This document shows, one piece after another, positions 38,627 to 49,065 of a stretch of DNA of 64,000 nucleotides. The stretch comes from Arenicellales bacterium (GTDB taxonomy: Bacteria; Pseudomonadota; Gammaproteobacteria; Arenicellales; Poriferihabitantaceae). Position 1 is the first letter of the stretch; each line of letters starts with the position of its first letter. The translations under genes were made by a program, and so were the position numbers. Location of the stretch: positions 138,192 to 202,191 of the forward strand of contig CBDDOO010000002.1 in NCBI GenBank assembly GCA_965231905.1. Reading direction: 5' to 3'. The notes under the pieces were generated by a model. It ran no database searches. It was not told the origin of the DNA and was given only the letters and a program-made list of their open reading frames with translations.

Positions 38627-39556
38627 ATGGCCGTCATTCGCATAGGTACACGTACAAGCCAACTCGCGCTCTGGCAGGCCAACCATGTCCGGGAGGCGTT
38701 GTTGTCCACCCGCCAGGGGTTGCGGGTCGAGTTGGTTGAAATCATCTCTGCGGGTGACAAAACCCTGGATGTTCCGTTATCCCGGGTGGGCGGCAAGGGC
38801 TTGTTTCTGAAGGAGTTGGAAAGCGCTTTGCTGGACCGGGAGATTGATCTGGCCGTTCATTCGATGAAGGATGTCACAGTCGAACTTCCCGAAGGGCTGC
38901 ACATCCCGGTTTATTGTTCCAGAGAGGATTCCAGGGATGCCCTGGTCTCGAACAAATTCAGCGGCCTGGATGAGTTGCCGGAAGGTGCAATTGTCGGAAC
39001 CTGCAGTTTGCGGAGACAGTGCCAGATAAAAGCGAACTACCCTCATTTACAATTGAAAAACCTGAGAGGAAACGTCAATACCCGTTTGCAGAAACTCGAT
39101 TCCGGCCTGTACGATGCCATTGTTCTGGCCGTGGCGGGTTTGAAGCGGCTGGGAATGGAAGACCGGATCGCTCAGGTCATTCCAACGTCAATCTGCCTCC
39201 CCGCGGTCGGTCAGGGCGTAGTCGGGATTGAATGCCGTGTAGATGATACGGATATTCATCCATTGATTCTGCCGTTGAATGATCCGCAATCAGCGACCGA
39301 AACACGGGCGGAGCGTACCGCGAATGAGAAAATTGGAGGAGGTTGTCATGTGCCCGTCGCTTTTCATTGTGAGCGATCAGACCAGCGGCTGACCCTGCGC
39401 GGTCTGGTCGGGGAGCCGGATGGTTCCAGGGTGTTGCGGTCTGAAAAGCGGGGTTCCGTTTCAGATCCTGTGCAGTTGGGTATTGCAGTGGCGGAGGATC
39501 TGGTTGACCAGGGGGCGAAGGACATCCTCGACCGTGTTTATATGAATGATGCGTGA
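38627..39556 (+). CDS. hemC: hydroxymethylbilane synthase
   Basis: 309 aa. IRIGTRTSQLALWQA...GDK...GGKGLFLKELE. Confidence 0.92.
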   Translation: MAVIRIGTRTSQLALWQANHVREALLSTRQGLRVELVEIISAGDKTLDVPLSRVGGKGLFLKELESALLDREIDLAVHSMKDVTVELPEGLHIPVYCSREDSRDALVSNKFSGLDELPEGAIVGTCSLRRQCQIKANYPHLQLKNLRGNVNTRLQKLDSGLYDAIVLAVAGLKRLGMEDRIAQVIPTSICLPAVGQGVVGIECRVDDTDIHPLILPLNDPQSATETRAERTANEKIGGGCHVPVAFHCERSDQRLTLRGLVGEPDGSRVLRSEKRGSVSDPVQLGIAVAEDLVDQGAKDILDRVYMNDA

Positions 39557-39568
39557 TGACGCAGGACG

Positions 39569-40372
39569 ATGCGGACTGAATCCCTGAACGGACTCCGGGT
39601 TCTGATCACCAGGCCCGATCCTTTGGGTAATGACATTGCTGAGGCAATTGAGGAACACGGCGGGATAGCGGCAAAGTTCCCGGTCATCGAAATTTCAGCG
39701 CCGGACAGCTTTGTTGCCCTGGATGCACTGCTGCGCGGCATTGCGGGCTTTGATCTGCTGGTTTTTGTCAGTGCCGCCGCGGTAGAGGGATTTGTGTCCA
39801 GACTGGAACAGCAGAATGTTATGCTTCCCGAGGCCCTTAAAATCGCCGCAATGGGACCAAAAACCGCCAGACTGGGTCGGGACAAGGGACTGAATATTGA
39901 TTTCGTCCCCGAACCGGGTCCGGGCAGTGAGGGACTGCTGGTTTCATTGCTGGACAGGGAGAGGGGTATGGAGCTGAAAAATACCCGGATTGCCATATTG
40001 AGAGGGCAGTCCGGCCGGGATCTGTTGAAAATTGAACTGGAGAAACGCGGCGCCGAGGTCGTTCTGGTTCCCTGTTATACGAGGAGGATCACAAGTCGGC
40101 CGATACAGCCGATTGTCGATATCTGGTCCGCCGGGAAAATTGACACGGTATTGATTACCAGCGTTTCAATACTGGACGGGCTGATCGAATTGCTGGGCCC
40201 GCAAAATGTGGCATTATTACATGAGTCACCGGTGGTCACGATCAGTGAACGTATCCGGGATCAGTGCATCCGGCGCGGCATCGCCCGTGTCCGGGTTGCC
40301 GGGGGAGTTTCGAATGATTGTTTGATTGATGCCCTGTCAGAGGTGGCAATTGATGTTGCGGACACAAAATGA
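39569..40372 (+). CDS. hemD: uroporphyrinogen-III synthase
   Basis: 267 aa. Position after hemC and HEM4-like sequence. Confidence 0.8.
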   Translation: MRTESLNGLRVLITRPDPLGNDIAEAIEEHGGIAAKFPVIEISAPDSFVALDALLRGIAGFDLLVFVSAAAVEGFVSRLEQQNVMLPEALKIAAMGPKTARLGRDKGLNIDFVPEPGPGSEGLLVSLLDRERGMELKNTRIAILRGQSGRDLLKIELEKRGAEVVLVPCYTRRITSRPIQPIVDIWSAGKIDTVLITSVSILDGLIELLGPQNVALLHESPVVTISERIRDQCIRRGIARVRVAGGVSNDCLIDALSEVAIDVADTK

Positions 40373-40460
40373 CAAGCGTGGTGGGTTGCGGTAGGATTGA
40401 CGCACAGGCAGAAGTATAAAGATAAAGGTGGCTGAAAAGATTCAGCGGGTAAACAGGAAA

Positions 40461-41840
40461 ATGGCAGAAGACGAAATCAATGAACCTTCGGGAACCCGGG
40501 TCCCATCGAAGAAAAAAACCACAAGGGCAAAAAAACGCCCGGCGCCTGAACCGGCATCGGTTGACCAGAACACCGGAAACAACCCCGCTCCGGCAACCCC
40601 CGTCACTCGCCCCGCCGGTTCGGGCGGACAGGCTATGGTTTCATGGTTTGCATTGGTTCTCGGCGTTGTCGCGACAGGCGTGGGAGGATATGCCTGGTAT
40701 CAGGGCGCAGTGGACTCGAAACTGAATGCCGGGCAACAGGAAACCAGATTGAATCTGATTGAGCGGCGTATCGACGAGGTTCTGCAAACGCAAACCGGGC
40801 TGGAAACCGAGATCAGTACCGGGGTTCGTGAACTGGGAGATTCGTTGGCCCGTAACGATGAACATCTCCAGGATCTCGGTCGGCGGTATGATGCTCTTCA
40901 TCAGTCCGATACGGATATCCATGCACAGATACAGGGCATCCGGGACGAAATGGAGAATCAGGATGATGTGGTTGGCGAGCGGATTGACAAGGAAGTGGAT
41001 GCGCTCTCGGGCCAGATTGCGGCGCTGCGTACGCAACTTGACAGCGACCTCGATGGATGGGTTCTTGAAGAAACGGAACAACTCATTGTCATCGCTCATC
41101 AACGCCTGCGGTTCACAGGCGAGACCGGTCTGGCAAAACAGGCTTTGCAACTTGCCGATCAACGCCTGAAACAACTTTCCGGTTCCGGCGTGGATGAGGT
41201 TCGTCAACTGTTGTCTTCAGATATTGCCGCGCTCGACAGTGTGCCGTCGATTGACGTGCCTGGCCTGTTGAATGAATTGTCGGCGCTGTCTGCGCAGGTC
41301 GATACGTTACCGCTTGCAGGAGACATCGTAATGGATGCGGATGTCGATTCAGACGCAGGCCGGGAAAAGGAGGATGAGTTGCGGGGGACCGAGGCACAGG
41401 GAATCGGGACAGAGGGGACTGATTCGCAAGGTGACGTCAACGAAACCGCGACGCTTGACCGTTACCTGAAGCCGGTGATAGACGCCGGCGCCGCGCTGCT
41501 GACGAATTTGGGAGACCTTGTCCAGGTAGAGAAAAACGCCAGCCCTGTCAAACCGGTGATTTCTGCGCAAATACGCGAAATGACATACACAAGAATCAGG
41601 CTGATTCTGGAATCGGCCCAGGTCGCGCTGGTTCGTGGAAACCCTGGGGTGTACAGCCATAGAATCAATGCCGCCAGTGAGTGGGTCAAGCATCATTTCA
41701 ATCGTGACGCCGCCGGGACCCTGAACTGGATCGAACGACTCAACCGGGCGGGGTCATCGTATCGGGAAACCGGGATTCCCGATATTTCAGCGACGTTATC
41801 CGCTATTCGCGCTCTTGGCGGGAGTGAGTCCGCTCTTTAG
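40461..41840 (+). CDS. hemX: HemX-like membrane protein
   Basis: ORF from GTG at 40428; ATG at 40461 has an AGGA SD. Charged N-terminus, one TM segment, then a coiled-coil periplasmic part. Position in hemCDXY. Confidence 0.7.
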   Translation: MAEDEINEPSGTRVPSKKKTTRAKKRPAPEPASVDQNTGNNPAPATPVTRPAGSGGQAMVSWFALVLGVVATGVGGYAWYQGAVDSKLNAGQQETRLNLIERRIDEVLQTQTGLETEISTGVRELGDSLARNDEHLQDLGRRYDALHQSDTDIHAQIQGIRDEMENQDDVVGERIDKEVDALSGQIAALRTQLDSDLDGWVLEETEQLIVIAHQRLRFTGETGLAKQALQLADQRLKQLSGSGVDEVRQLLSSDIAALDSVPSIDVPGLLNELSALSAQVDTLPLAGDIVMDADVDSDAGREKEDELRGTEAQGIGTEGTDSQGDVNETATLDRYLKPVIDAGAALLTNLGDLVQVEKNASPVKPVISAQIREMTYTRIRLILESAQVALVRGNPGVYSHRINAASEWVKHHFNRDAAGTLNWIERLNRAGSSYRETGIPDISATLSAIRALGGSESAL

Positions 41841-41863
41841 GCAATGATAACGGACGTTTTGTC

Positions 41864-43171
41864 ATGAAACTGTTCATCACCATCATTATCGCATTGATTG
41901 TTTCAGTCGGGCTGGGGGCGCTGGCCGTCGACGACCCGGGATATGTTGTCCTGACCCGGGATCCCTGGGTGGTACGGCTGCCCTTGCTGTTGTTTATTGG
42001 CATCCTTTTCCTGACCTTCGTATTGTTGTATCTGTTGCTCAACTTTATCGCAAGCCTGTTTCGGGCGCCTGCGATGTATCGTAAATGGAGAACCCGGAAC
42101 CAGGAAAACAGCGCTCAGCAGCACACCATGCAGGGTTATGCGTACCTGATAGAAGGAAACTGGCCGAAGGCTGAATCGACGCTGCTGAACAAACTCGAAT
42201 TCAACAAAACACCATTGATGAATTATCTGGGCGCAGCCTACTCGGCGCAACAACAGGGCTTGATGGACCGAAGGGACCGCTATCTGGATGAAGCGCTAGC
42301 CAGACATCCTTCAAATGAACTGGCGATCAATCTTACTCGCGCCAGGCTTCTGTATCATGCCGGATCGTTAACTGAATCCAGGGATTATCTTGAGAAATTG
42401 CGAACCGTTTCTTCCAGGAATGTGGCCGTGGCAAGGCTGCTGGCGGATGTTTACAAGGAGTTGGAAGACTGGGATTCATTAACCGGACTGGTTGCCTCGT
42501 TGAGGAAGCTCGAAGCATTTCCCGAGGAGGAGACGAAAATCCGGGAACAGCATGCCTTCGAGCAATTGATTTCGTCTCCGGCGCTGCTGCAGGGGGAATC
42601 GGAGCGGTCGGCCAAAACCTGGAAATCGTTACCCGCGAAAAAGAGAAAAGACCCGGATATGATTGTCAGTTACGTCAACCAGTTGATAAAAGCCGACAAA
42701 TTGAAAGAGGCGGAAAAAGAGCTCCGGACAGCGCTGAACAGGGGGCTGGATAAAAAACTGATCCATCTGTATGGCAAGGTCAGGAGTCCTTTTGTCAGTT
42801 ATCAGATTGAACTGGTCGAATCGTTCATCAAACAGCACGATAACGACCCTGATTTGTTGCTCGCTCTGGCACGGTTGTATCGTTATGAGAAGAATTATGC
42901 AAAAGCAAAAGATTTGTATAAAAAATCAATCAGAGCCGGGGCACAGGGTGAAGCCTGCATTGATCTGGCATCGCTTCTGGAGCAAATGGGGGAAACCGAT
43001 GAGGCGTTATTCTTTTTCAAGGAGGGGACTGTCGGTCTGTTGAGCGACCCTGACATCCGGACCAGGACGGCGGCAAAGAGTGAAATTGTACTGACCGGCG
43101 ACCATTCCAGTGTGGTCAGGGATGTGGTCAGCCATGAGTCAAAACCCGGTGTAATGCCGGTCGTGCGCTGA
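41864..43171 (+). CDS. hemY: HemY-like TPR membrane protein
   Basis: 435 aa. Two N-terminal TM segments plus TPR-like repeats. Position after hemX. Confidence 0.7.
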   Translation: MKLFITIIIALIVSVGLGALAVDDPGYVVLTRDPWVVRLPLLLFIGILFLTFVLLYLLLNFIASLFRAPAMYRKWRTRNQENSAQQHTMQGYAYLIEGNWPKAESTLLNKLEFNKTPLMNYLGAAYSAQQQGLMDRRDRYLDEALARHPSNELAINLTRARLLYHAGSLTESRDYLEKLRTVSSRNVAVARLLADVYKELEDWDSLTGLVASLRKLEAFPEEETKIREQHAFEQLISSPALLQGESERSAKTWKSLPAKKRKDPDMIVSYVNQLIKADKLKEAEKELRTALNRGLDKKLIHLYGKVRSPFVSYQIELVESFIKQHDNDPDLLLALARLYRYEKNYAKAKDLYKKSIRAGAQGEACIDLASLLEQMGETDEALFFFKEGTVGLLSDPDIRTRTAAKSEIVLTGDHSSVVRDVVSHESKPGVMPVVR

Positions 43172-43223
43172 CCCGGTGGAGCGGGTCGTAAGCAACCCGG
43201 ACCAGACTGAACCAGAGGGTTAT

Positions 43224-44243
43224 CTATGGCTGGCTGGCAAACTCGAAGGAGTCAAAATGGAAGCGGGCCGGGTCCATACCCTTCTCCAGCAGACTGCTGC
43301 GCACGCAATCAATCATGACGGGCGGGCCGCTGGCGTAGATATCAAATCGCTCGAACCGGTCATAAGTTCTGCAGACGGCGTCATGAACAAAGCCTTTCTC
43401 GCCGTTCCATGATTCAGACTTGCTTTCTGATAGCACAGGGGTGTATTTCAGATTCGGATACGAACCCAACCACTGCCTTACCAGACTATCCATGTAGAGA
43501 TCCTGCTCATCGCGAGCGCCCCAGAACAGGTGAATATTCTGGTTGGGATTGCGTTCCATTGCATTTTCAATGAGTCCCTTGATGGGAGAAAACCCGGTGC
43601 CTCCGGCAATCATGATGATCGGTGTATCCGTTTCAGATTGAAGAATATAGGCGCCGAACGGGCCTTCAAACCGCAGCAGGTCGCGTTCCTTCATCGAATC
43701 GAATACGCGGGGCGTAAAATGCCCATCCGGTACGTTGCGGATATGCAACTCCAGGCCGTGCTCCAGCGCATGCTGCGGCAGATTGGCCAGGGAAAAACTT
43801 CGTCTTTGACCATCCTTCAACAGGATGTCGATATATTGTCCCGGAAGGAAATTGAATTCCTGGGTTTTGGGAAGAGCCAGGAAAAGCCGGATCACATCCT
43901 CCGCCAGTTTGTCGATTTCCCGAACCCGGCAGGGCAATACCTTGATCTGGACACTGGTCCCGGTCATGACCTCCTCTACATCAAGGACCACGTCCCCGAG
44001 TGGTTTCGCCTGGCAGATCAGGACTTTTCCCTGTTCCTTTTCCTCATCCGGCAGCGCAAAACCCTCATAGTCGCCGTAATCGACCTGGCCGCTGACCAGA
44101 GTGCATTTGCAGGCGCCGCAGACGCCGCTGCGACACCCGTAAGGGTAGACCCGGTTGTCTCTCAGCGCAGCGTCGAGGATGGTTTCATTGTCATTGACAA
44201 CAAAAGCTGTATTATTCCGTTCGTTGGTAACAGAAAAAGGCAT
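43224..44243 (-). CDS. 2Fe-2S ferredoxin / FNR-type FAD-NAD(P) oxidoreductase
   Basis: 339 aa. CRSGVCGACKC plant-type ferredoxin motif, RSFSLAN flavin motif, GGTGFSP NAD motif. Confidence 0.8.
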   Translation of the reverse strand: MPFSVTNERNNTAFVVNDNETILDAALRDNRVYPYGCRSGVCGACKCTLVSGQVDYGDYEGFALPDEEKEQGKVLICQAKPLGDVVLDVEEVMTGTSVQIKVLPCRVREIDKLAEDVIRLFLALPKTQEFNFLPGQYIDILLKDGQRRSFSLANLPQHALEHGLELHIRNVPDGHFTPRVFDSMKERDLLRFEGPFGAYILQSETDTPIIMIAGGTGFSPIKGLIENAMERNPNQNIHLFWGARDEQDLYMDSLVRQWLGSYPNLKYTPVLSESKSESWNGEKGFVHDAVCRTYDRFERFDIYASGPPVMIDCVRSSLLEKGMDPARFHFDSFEFASQP

Positions 44244-44307
44244 GTCGAGAATGGCCTGAGAATAACGGTAGCCTTATATATAGAGTAAACAGCAGGTTGT
44301 CAATAAT

Positions 44308-45123
44308 ATGCCAGAGCTTCCTGAAGTCGAAACAACCCTGAATGGAATTCGCCCCTTTTTGCAGGGGTTGAAGATTACCCGGCTTGATGTCCGACAACGA
44401 AATTTGAGGTGGCCGATTGCCGGAAACCTGGAAAGCGAGGTGAGCGATTCCGGGGTCGTCTGGTTGCAACGAAGGGGAAAATACATCCTGATCCACCTGG
44501 AGCGGGGCGGATTGATTGTTCACCTCGGGATGTCGGGTTCCATGAGGGTATTATTGAATGACGAGTCACCGGGCCGACATGACCATTTCGATATTATTAA
44601 CCAGCATGGACAGATCATTCGATACCGCGACCCCAGGAGATTCGGTTGCCTGCTCTACACACCGGACGATCCGTTGCAACATCCGAGATTGGTCAACCTC
44701 GGTGTCGAGCCGCTCAGTGACGATTTCACCGGACAGGGTTTGTACCGATTGTCCAGAAAACGGACTGCCCCGATCAAGTCATTCCTGATGGACGGTCGGA
44801 TCGTCGTTGGAGTGGGTAATATCTATGTCAGTGAGGCGTTGTTCCTGGCTGGAGTCAGCCCGGTTCGGCAATGCGGGAAAATATCCCTGAGTCGTTACCG
44901 GTTATTGGCAGAGGCCATCCGGACCGTCCTGATGAGAGCGCTCAGGCAGGGAGGGACGACCTTGCAGGATTTTGTCGGAGCGGACGGGGAGCCGGGATAC
45001 TTCACGCAATCCTTGTCCGTCTATGGGCGGGAGGGTGAAAAATGCCTGAAATGTCCAGCCACAATCAAAAGGCGGGTGATCGCCCAAAGGTCCACATTTT
45101 ACTGCCCGAAGTGCCAGACCTGA
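44308..45123 (+). CDS. mutM: formamidopyrimidine-DNA glycosylase
   Basis: 271 aa. MPELPEVETT N-terminus and a C-terminal zinc finger CLKC...FYCPKCQT. Confidence 0.93.
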   Translation: MPELPEVETTLNGIRPFLQGLKITRLDVRQRNLRWPIAGNLESEVSDSGVVWLQRRGKYILIHLERGGLIVHLGMSGSMRVLLNDESPGRHDHFDIINQHGQIIRYRDPRRFGCLLYTPDDPLQHPRLVNLGVEPLSDDFTGQGLYRLSRKRTAPIKSFLMDGRIVVGVGNIYVSEALFLAGVSPVRQCGKISLSRYRLLAEAIRTVLMRALRQGGTTLQDFVGADGEPGYFTQSLSVYGREGEKCLKCPATIKRRVIAQRSTFYCPKCQT

Positions 45124-45130
45124 CAGCCGG
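45096..45130 (+). repeat. 35-bp direct repeat, copy 1 (attL-like; last 28 nt of mutM including the stop, plus 7 nt)
   Basis: ATTTTACTGCCCGAAGTGCCAGACCTGACAGCCGG. 32/35 identical to 57043-57077. Confidence 0.85.
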
Positions 45131-45167
45131 GCCCGGCCGATTTGATTATTTCTCCCCAACGCATGTC

Positions 45168-45187
45168 ATTCCCGCGGAGGCGGGAAT
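45168..45187. repeat. GC-rich hairpin ATTCCCGC-GGAG-GCGGGAAT
   Basis: Perfect 8-bp stem read directly. Single copy in this window. Confidence 0.5.
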
Positions 45188-45273
45188 CTACAACCGATGC
45201 GCACTGACCGGTCATATCGTAGAAACAACCCTTTGTGGTTGTCCGATTTACATCAGGATGTCCACCATCAAGG

Positions 45274-46164
45274 TTACAGTTTTTCGGGGTCTGGCAACCT
45301 GGACAATATAATTCCCCCCAAAGTGATACATACCGACCCAATAATAACCGGCATCCCCAATTCTTCTCCGAACAGGAAATATCCGAGTAACGCGGCAAAA
45401 ACTATCCATGTGTAATTGATCGGTGTAACCAGGGCAACGTCTGCCAACTTATAGGCTATTACCCAACAATACTGGGCAGAAATTGCAATCGGCCCGAGTA
45501 AAATCATGAAAACCAGTTCCCCGATACCGGGGGTGTGCCAATTATAAAATGCCGGAACAGCCATGATAAATATCGAGAAAAAGTTTACATACAAAAGAAT
45601 AGTCAGCGGTCTTTCAGTAAATGTAAAAACTTTAATCAAAAGGCTTTCCACAGATAGCAAAAACGCGGCAAACAAAGCTAACCACAGGCCTATGCCCAGG
45701 TTTTCGAACAAAACTCCTTCGGTGGACCCGTAGACCACAATACAGGCTCCCATGCCGCAGAAAAAAGCTCCTGCCCATTGTATTTTTCTTACCTTCTCTC
45801 CCAGAAACAATATGGATAGCAGCATGGTTATTAATCCATCCGTTAATCCCAGGGCGGTGACATCTGCAATTGGTGATATGACCCCGGCATGTATGATGCA
45901 TACCCCGCCCATTGAGCCGCAAAGAGATCGGAGAAAATGATAGTGTGGACGCTTGCTGGAGTACTTTTTCAGACCTGAATCTTTTGAATTGGATCGCTTT
46001 ACCAGCACAACAATTGCGACCGTGAAAAATCCACTGACAAAACGGATAAACATGATTTGAAATGCTGATATTTCCCCACCAGTCAACTTTGCTGAAGCAT
46101 AGACCAGAGTAAACAACAGGGTGCCGAGCAGACCCCAGATTATTGCAGTTACTCCGTTGTTCAT
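45274..46164 (-). CDS. DMT-superfamily (EamA-like) transporter
   Basis: 296 aa, about 10 hydrophobic segments with duplicated EamA-like halves. GC is lower than in the neighbouring core genes. Confidence 0.75.
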   Translation of the reverse strand: MNNGVTAIIWGLLGTLLFTLVYASAKLTGGEISAFQIMFIRFVSGFFTVAIVVLVKRSNSKDSGLKKYSSKRPHYHFLRSLCGSMGGVCIIHAGVISPIADVTALGLTDGLITMLLSILFLGEKVRKIQWAGAFFCGMGACIVVYGSTEGVLFENLGIGLWLALFAAFLLSVESLLIKVFTFTERPLTILLYVNFFSIFIMAVPAFYNWHTPGIGELVFMILLGPIAISAQYCWVIAYKLADVALVTPINYTWIVFAALLGYFLFGEELGMPVIIGSVCITLGGIILSRLPDPEKL

Positions 46165-46253
46165 TATTGAGCGCCTTGAGCGTTTTCCAATCCAGAGATG
46201 AGCCTGAGGGGGCAGTATTTTGTGAGTCTATTGATCGACATTGAGAGTGGTTG

Positions 46254-47510
46254 TCAGGCGGCGTGACTTTGGGATTTGTTAAAAGATAGAAACAGTTTGT
46301 TGCGGGCTTTGTTGAGTCTTCGCGCGGCTTCATTATCACTGTATTTGTGAGCGAAGTCATCGAGTATTTTGAGTGTGATTCCGGATTTGAGATATTGCTG
46401 TGCATGGGGCAGGGAACGGAGTTTCTGGTACGGAGTCTGGATCAGTGAGTCCGGGTATTTGCGGATGCGTTTTCCCTGATTGTTGATTTCTTCCTTTGCG
46501 AACAAGCAGGGTCGGTGATAGTTCAGGTAGGGATTGAGGTCGTTTGTGAGGAAGTGGTTGACGGGTTGAGCGAAGCGCTGTGAGATGTGTTCGTATCCCA
46601 GATGCTTGCGGATGACGGAGCCGTTCTTGCCTTCGACCAGGGCGTTGTCATTGCTCTGTCGGGGACGGGATTTGGTTTGTTCGATCTGGAGTTTTTGCAG
46701 GAGTTTAGCGACTTGTCGATTGATATACTCTGAACCGTTATCGGAATGGAACCCCTGGAGCGTGAAGGGGAAGGCATCCAGGAGTTGATGCAGAGCCGGG
46801 ATGAGATAGCTTTCGGAGATTCTCTGTACACAGACCACGGCCTGCATCTGGGTGACTTCATCGACAGCATTGATGTGATACAGTCCCTTGATGCCGTCCT
46901 GATCGCCCTGATGGACGGTATCGACGCGCAAGAAGCCGGGACGGCCATCGGGTCTGGGTTTGCGTCGCTCCCCGATTCGCACGGGCGTATAGCGGGTCTT
47001 TTGGAAGTGTCGTCTCTGGCGCTGGTAGGAATCCGAGTGGCGCAGGTTGTACAAGTGTCCATTGGAGATGGCGGCCAGTCGCCGGTATCGGGTATCGCCG
47101 AATACCGAAAAAGCCCGTTCACACAGTTTCCGGGTGGCCGGGCCGGACAGGTTGCCGTGCAGGGTATCGGTTTCCACCAGTAAAGCCACATCTTCCGGGG
47201 TATAACGTCGACAGAAGGCATTGGCGGGTCGCCCCCGGCGATCCCGAATGCGGCCACTATCGCGGTATTGGCGGATCAGCCGGGTGATCTGGGCGCGGGA
47301 TAAGCCACTGACCTTCTCCAGGTAGGCTTTCACCACACCCCGGTCGGCCTTGCTCAATGCGCCATAACGCAACTGCCGCAGGCTGTCACAAATCCACGGA
47401 TAGGACTCCTCGCGGGACTGGGGTTCAAAATCAAAAGTAGTGGCTCCGTTCAAAAACGAACGAATCTCCTCCACCGTCTGTAAACGCTGGCTGTGTAATT
47501 TCACGATCAT
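46254..47510 (-). CDS. DDE transposase/integrase with rve (retroviral-integrase-type) core; IS family unresolved
   Basis: 418 aa. N-terminal HTH-like region and a DD(35)E triad (VDTVHQGD, FHSDNGSEY, NALVEGKN). Possible short inverted repeats: GAGAGTGGTTGTC (46243-46255) and GGACAACTCTCC (47592-47603). Confidence 0.75.
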   Translation of the reverse strand: MIVKLHSQRLQTVEEIRSFLNGATTFDFEPQSREESYPWICDSLRQLRYGALSKADRGVVKAYLEKVSGLSRAQITRLIRQYRDSGRIRDRRGRPANAFCRRYTPEDVALLVETDTLHGNLSGPATRKLCERAFSVFGDTRYRRLAAISNGHLYNLRHSDSYQRQRRHFQKTRYTPVRIGERRKPRPDGRPGFLRVDTVHQGDQDGIKGLYHINAVDEVTQMQAVVCVQRISESYLIPALHQLLDAFPFTLQGFHSDNGSEYINRQVAKLLQKLQIEQTKSRPRQSNDNALVEGKNGSVIRKHLGYEHISQRFAQPVNHFLTNDLNPYLNYHRPCLFAKEEINNQGKRIRKYPDSLIQTPYQKLRSLPHAQQYLKSGITLKILDDFAHKYSDNEAARRLNKARNKLFLSFNKSQSHAA

Positions 47511-47997
47511 CCTCCGATGATCCCAAAATCAGCCCCTTCAAACTCATCTCCCGTTGGAAATACAGCTTATCCTTCAGGCTCATCTTCCATTGGACAACTC
47601 TCCTTGTATGATAATTGTCAGTAATATAATACTATTATAAATTTTTATGCACGTTATATTTTATATAATAATTACTCTTATTATTCTTTTTCCCAATGCT
47701 CGGTATCATATTTATGCTTCTTTTTGATGTCTGGGAACTGATCGGAGAGAGATTTTAAGTTATGCCCTGATCGGGTTCTTTATTTCATTCTTTGAATAAA
47801 TTCTCAGAATAGACGAAACCGTTCCAGATTATGGGTTGGTCGCAAAGTGATCTGCGACCCGTAAAAACATGAAAATAGGTGGGTGCTTGACCAAGAGAAT
47901 TCAGGCGATGGCATTAATTCAAAGTGAAAACAAATTAAAAAGTACTAAGTGTGCTAGAGATAGCACAAACAAAAATTTTTAACCTGAGGGAATAGCT

Positions 47998-48189
47998 ATG
48001 GAAACACTTAAAAAAAGTAGCAAAAAGCCTACAATTGAAAACGGCAAACTCGATAGGCGCAGTAAAGTACGTATTACGGTAGATCTTACAGAAAAAGAAC
48101 ATAAAGCACTAAAAATCCATGCAGCAACAAAGGGAGTAACTAGTAGCACAATTATCCGTCGGTTGCTTCGAAAATACTGCAATCAGTAA
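47998..48189 (+). CDS. ribbon-helix-helix (CopG/ParG-like) DNA-binding protein
   Basis: 63 aa. Basic N-terminal tail, then RITVDLTEKEHKALKIHAATKGVTSSTIIRRLL (beta-strand, helix, helix pattern). Confidence 0.55.
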   Translation: METLKKSSKKPTIENGKLDRRSKVRITVDLTEKEHKALKIHAATKGVTSSTIIRRLLRKYCNQ

Positions 48190-48307
48190 TTCAGTAGAAT
48201 TTTGCAAGAAGTAAAGACTAAGTGCTATTAACAATACTTAGAAAAATAACCCATATATTTTTTAGGGGGTTACATAGAATGGCAGATGAACTAAAGGAGA
48301 GAGTTAA

Positions 48308-49065
48308 ATGAAACTATTGCCTGTCATTGATTCAACTATTCTAAAACTATTGACCAAAGATGTAAGTAAGATATTTGAGCTATCAAATGCATTTGGTTCT
48401 CCCATCCATATCCTGTTCCCACAAAACTTTTGTAATAACATCCTTTCTTTTAAGAATGTATTTGCAAAAAACAATGTAAATGGCTTGGTTTATTTTGCGG
48501 CGAAAGTGAATCGCTCAAATGTGTTCGTTAAAGAATCATTTAAAACGAAAATAGGTCTTGATGTTGCAAGCGAAAACGAGTTAAGAGCCGCCCTCAGCAT
48601 CGGAGTAAAAGGAAAAAATACCTGTATGTCTGGACCAATTAAAGATAAACCGTTTTTGAATCTTGGTATTAACGTCAACTCAACAATATCAATAGATTCG
48701 CTAGAAGAACTCGAGATCATATATTCGGTTGCGGATTCTCGGTCTTGTGAAAATGAGATCTATGTTTTGTTGAGATGGGAGGGCACTTCCTCCAATGCGA
48801 GTCGATTTGGGATGAATGAAAAGGAGATACTTCAAGCAATTAGGTCAATTAGGGCGAATAGTTCTAAAAAAGTAATACTCAGAGGATTCCACTTCCATAT
48901 ATTCGGATATTCTATAAAAGAGAGAGTGTCCAGTATTGAAAAACTATTAAGCTACATGGACTACTCCAAAGAGCAAGGACTTAGTCCATTTATGATTGAT
49001 ATTGGAGGTGGTTTCCCAGTCAACTACTTGGATCAGGAAAGCTGGGACAAATATCTAGTGCTTAA
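48308..49065 (+). pseudogene. fold-type III PLP-dependent decarboxylase (Orn/DAP/Arg decarboxylase family), 3' part lost
   Basis: YFAAKVN (PLP lysine context), HFHIFGY and IDIGGGFP. The reading frame is cut at the TTAA target of IS5 copy 2. Nine further in-frame nt (TCATGATGA) survive at 50266-50274. Confidence 0.8.

Noticed and set aside
45168-45187. ATTCCCGCGGAGGCGGGAAT fits the ATTCCC-N8-GGGAAT pattern of Neisseria dRS3 repeats
   Set aside because: There is a single copy in the window and nothing else Neisseria-like. The resemblance is most likely coincidental, and it may simply be a terminator-like or REP hairpin after mutM.
47941-48250. ACTAAGTG(TG)CTA words and short palindromes (GTGCTA-GAGA-TAGCAC; CTAAGT-N12-ACTTAG) on both sides of the RHH gene as operator sites
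   Set aside because: They are only 6-8 bp long in very AT-rich DNA, which is too short to separate from chance without a binding model.
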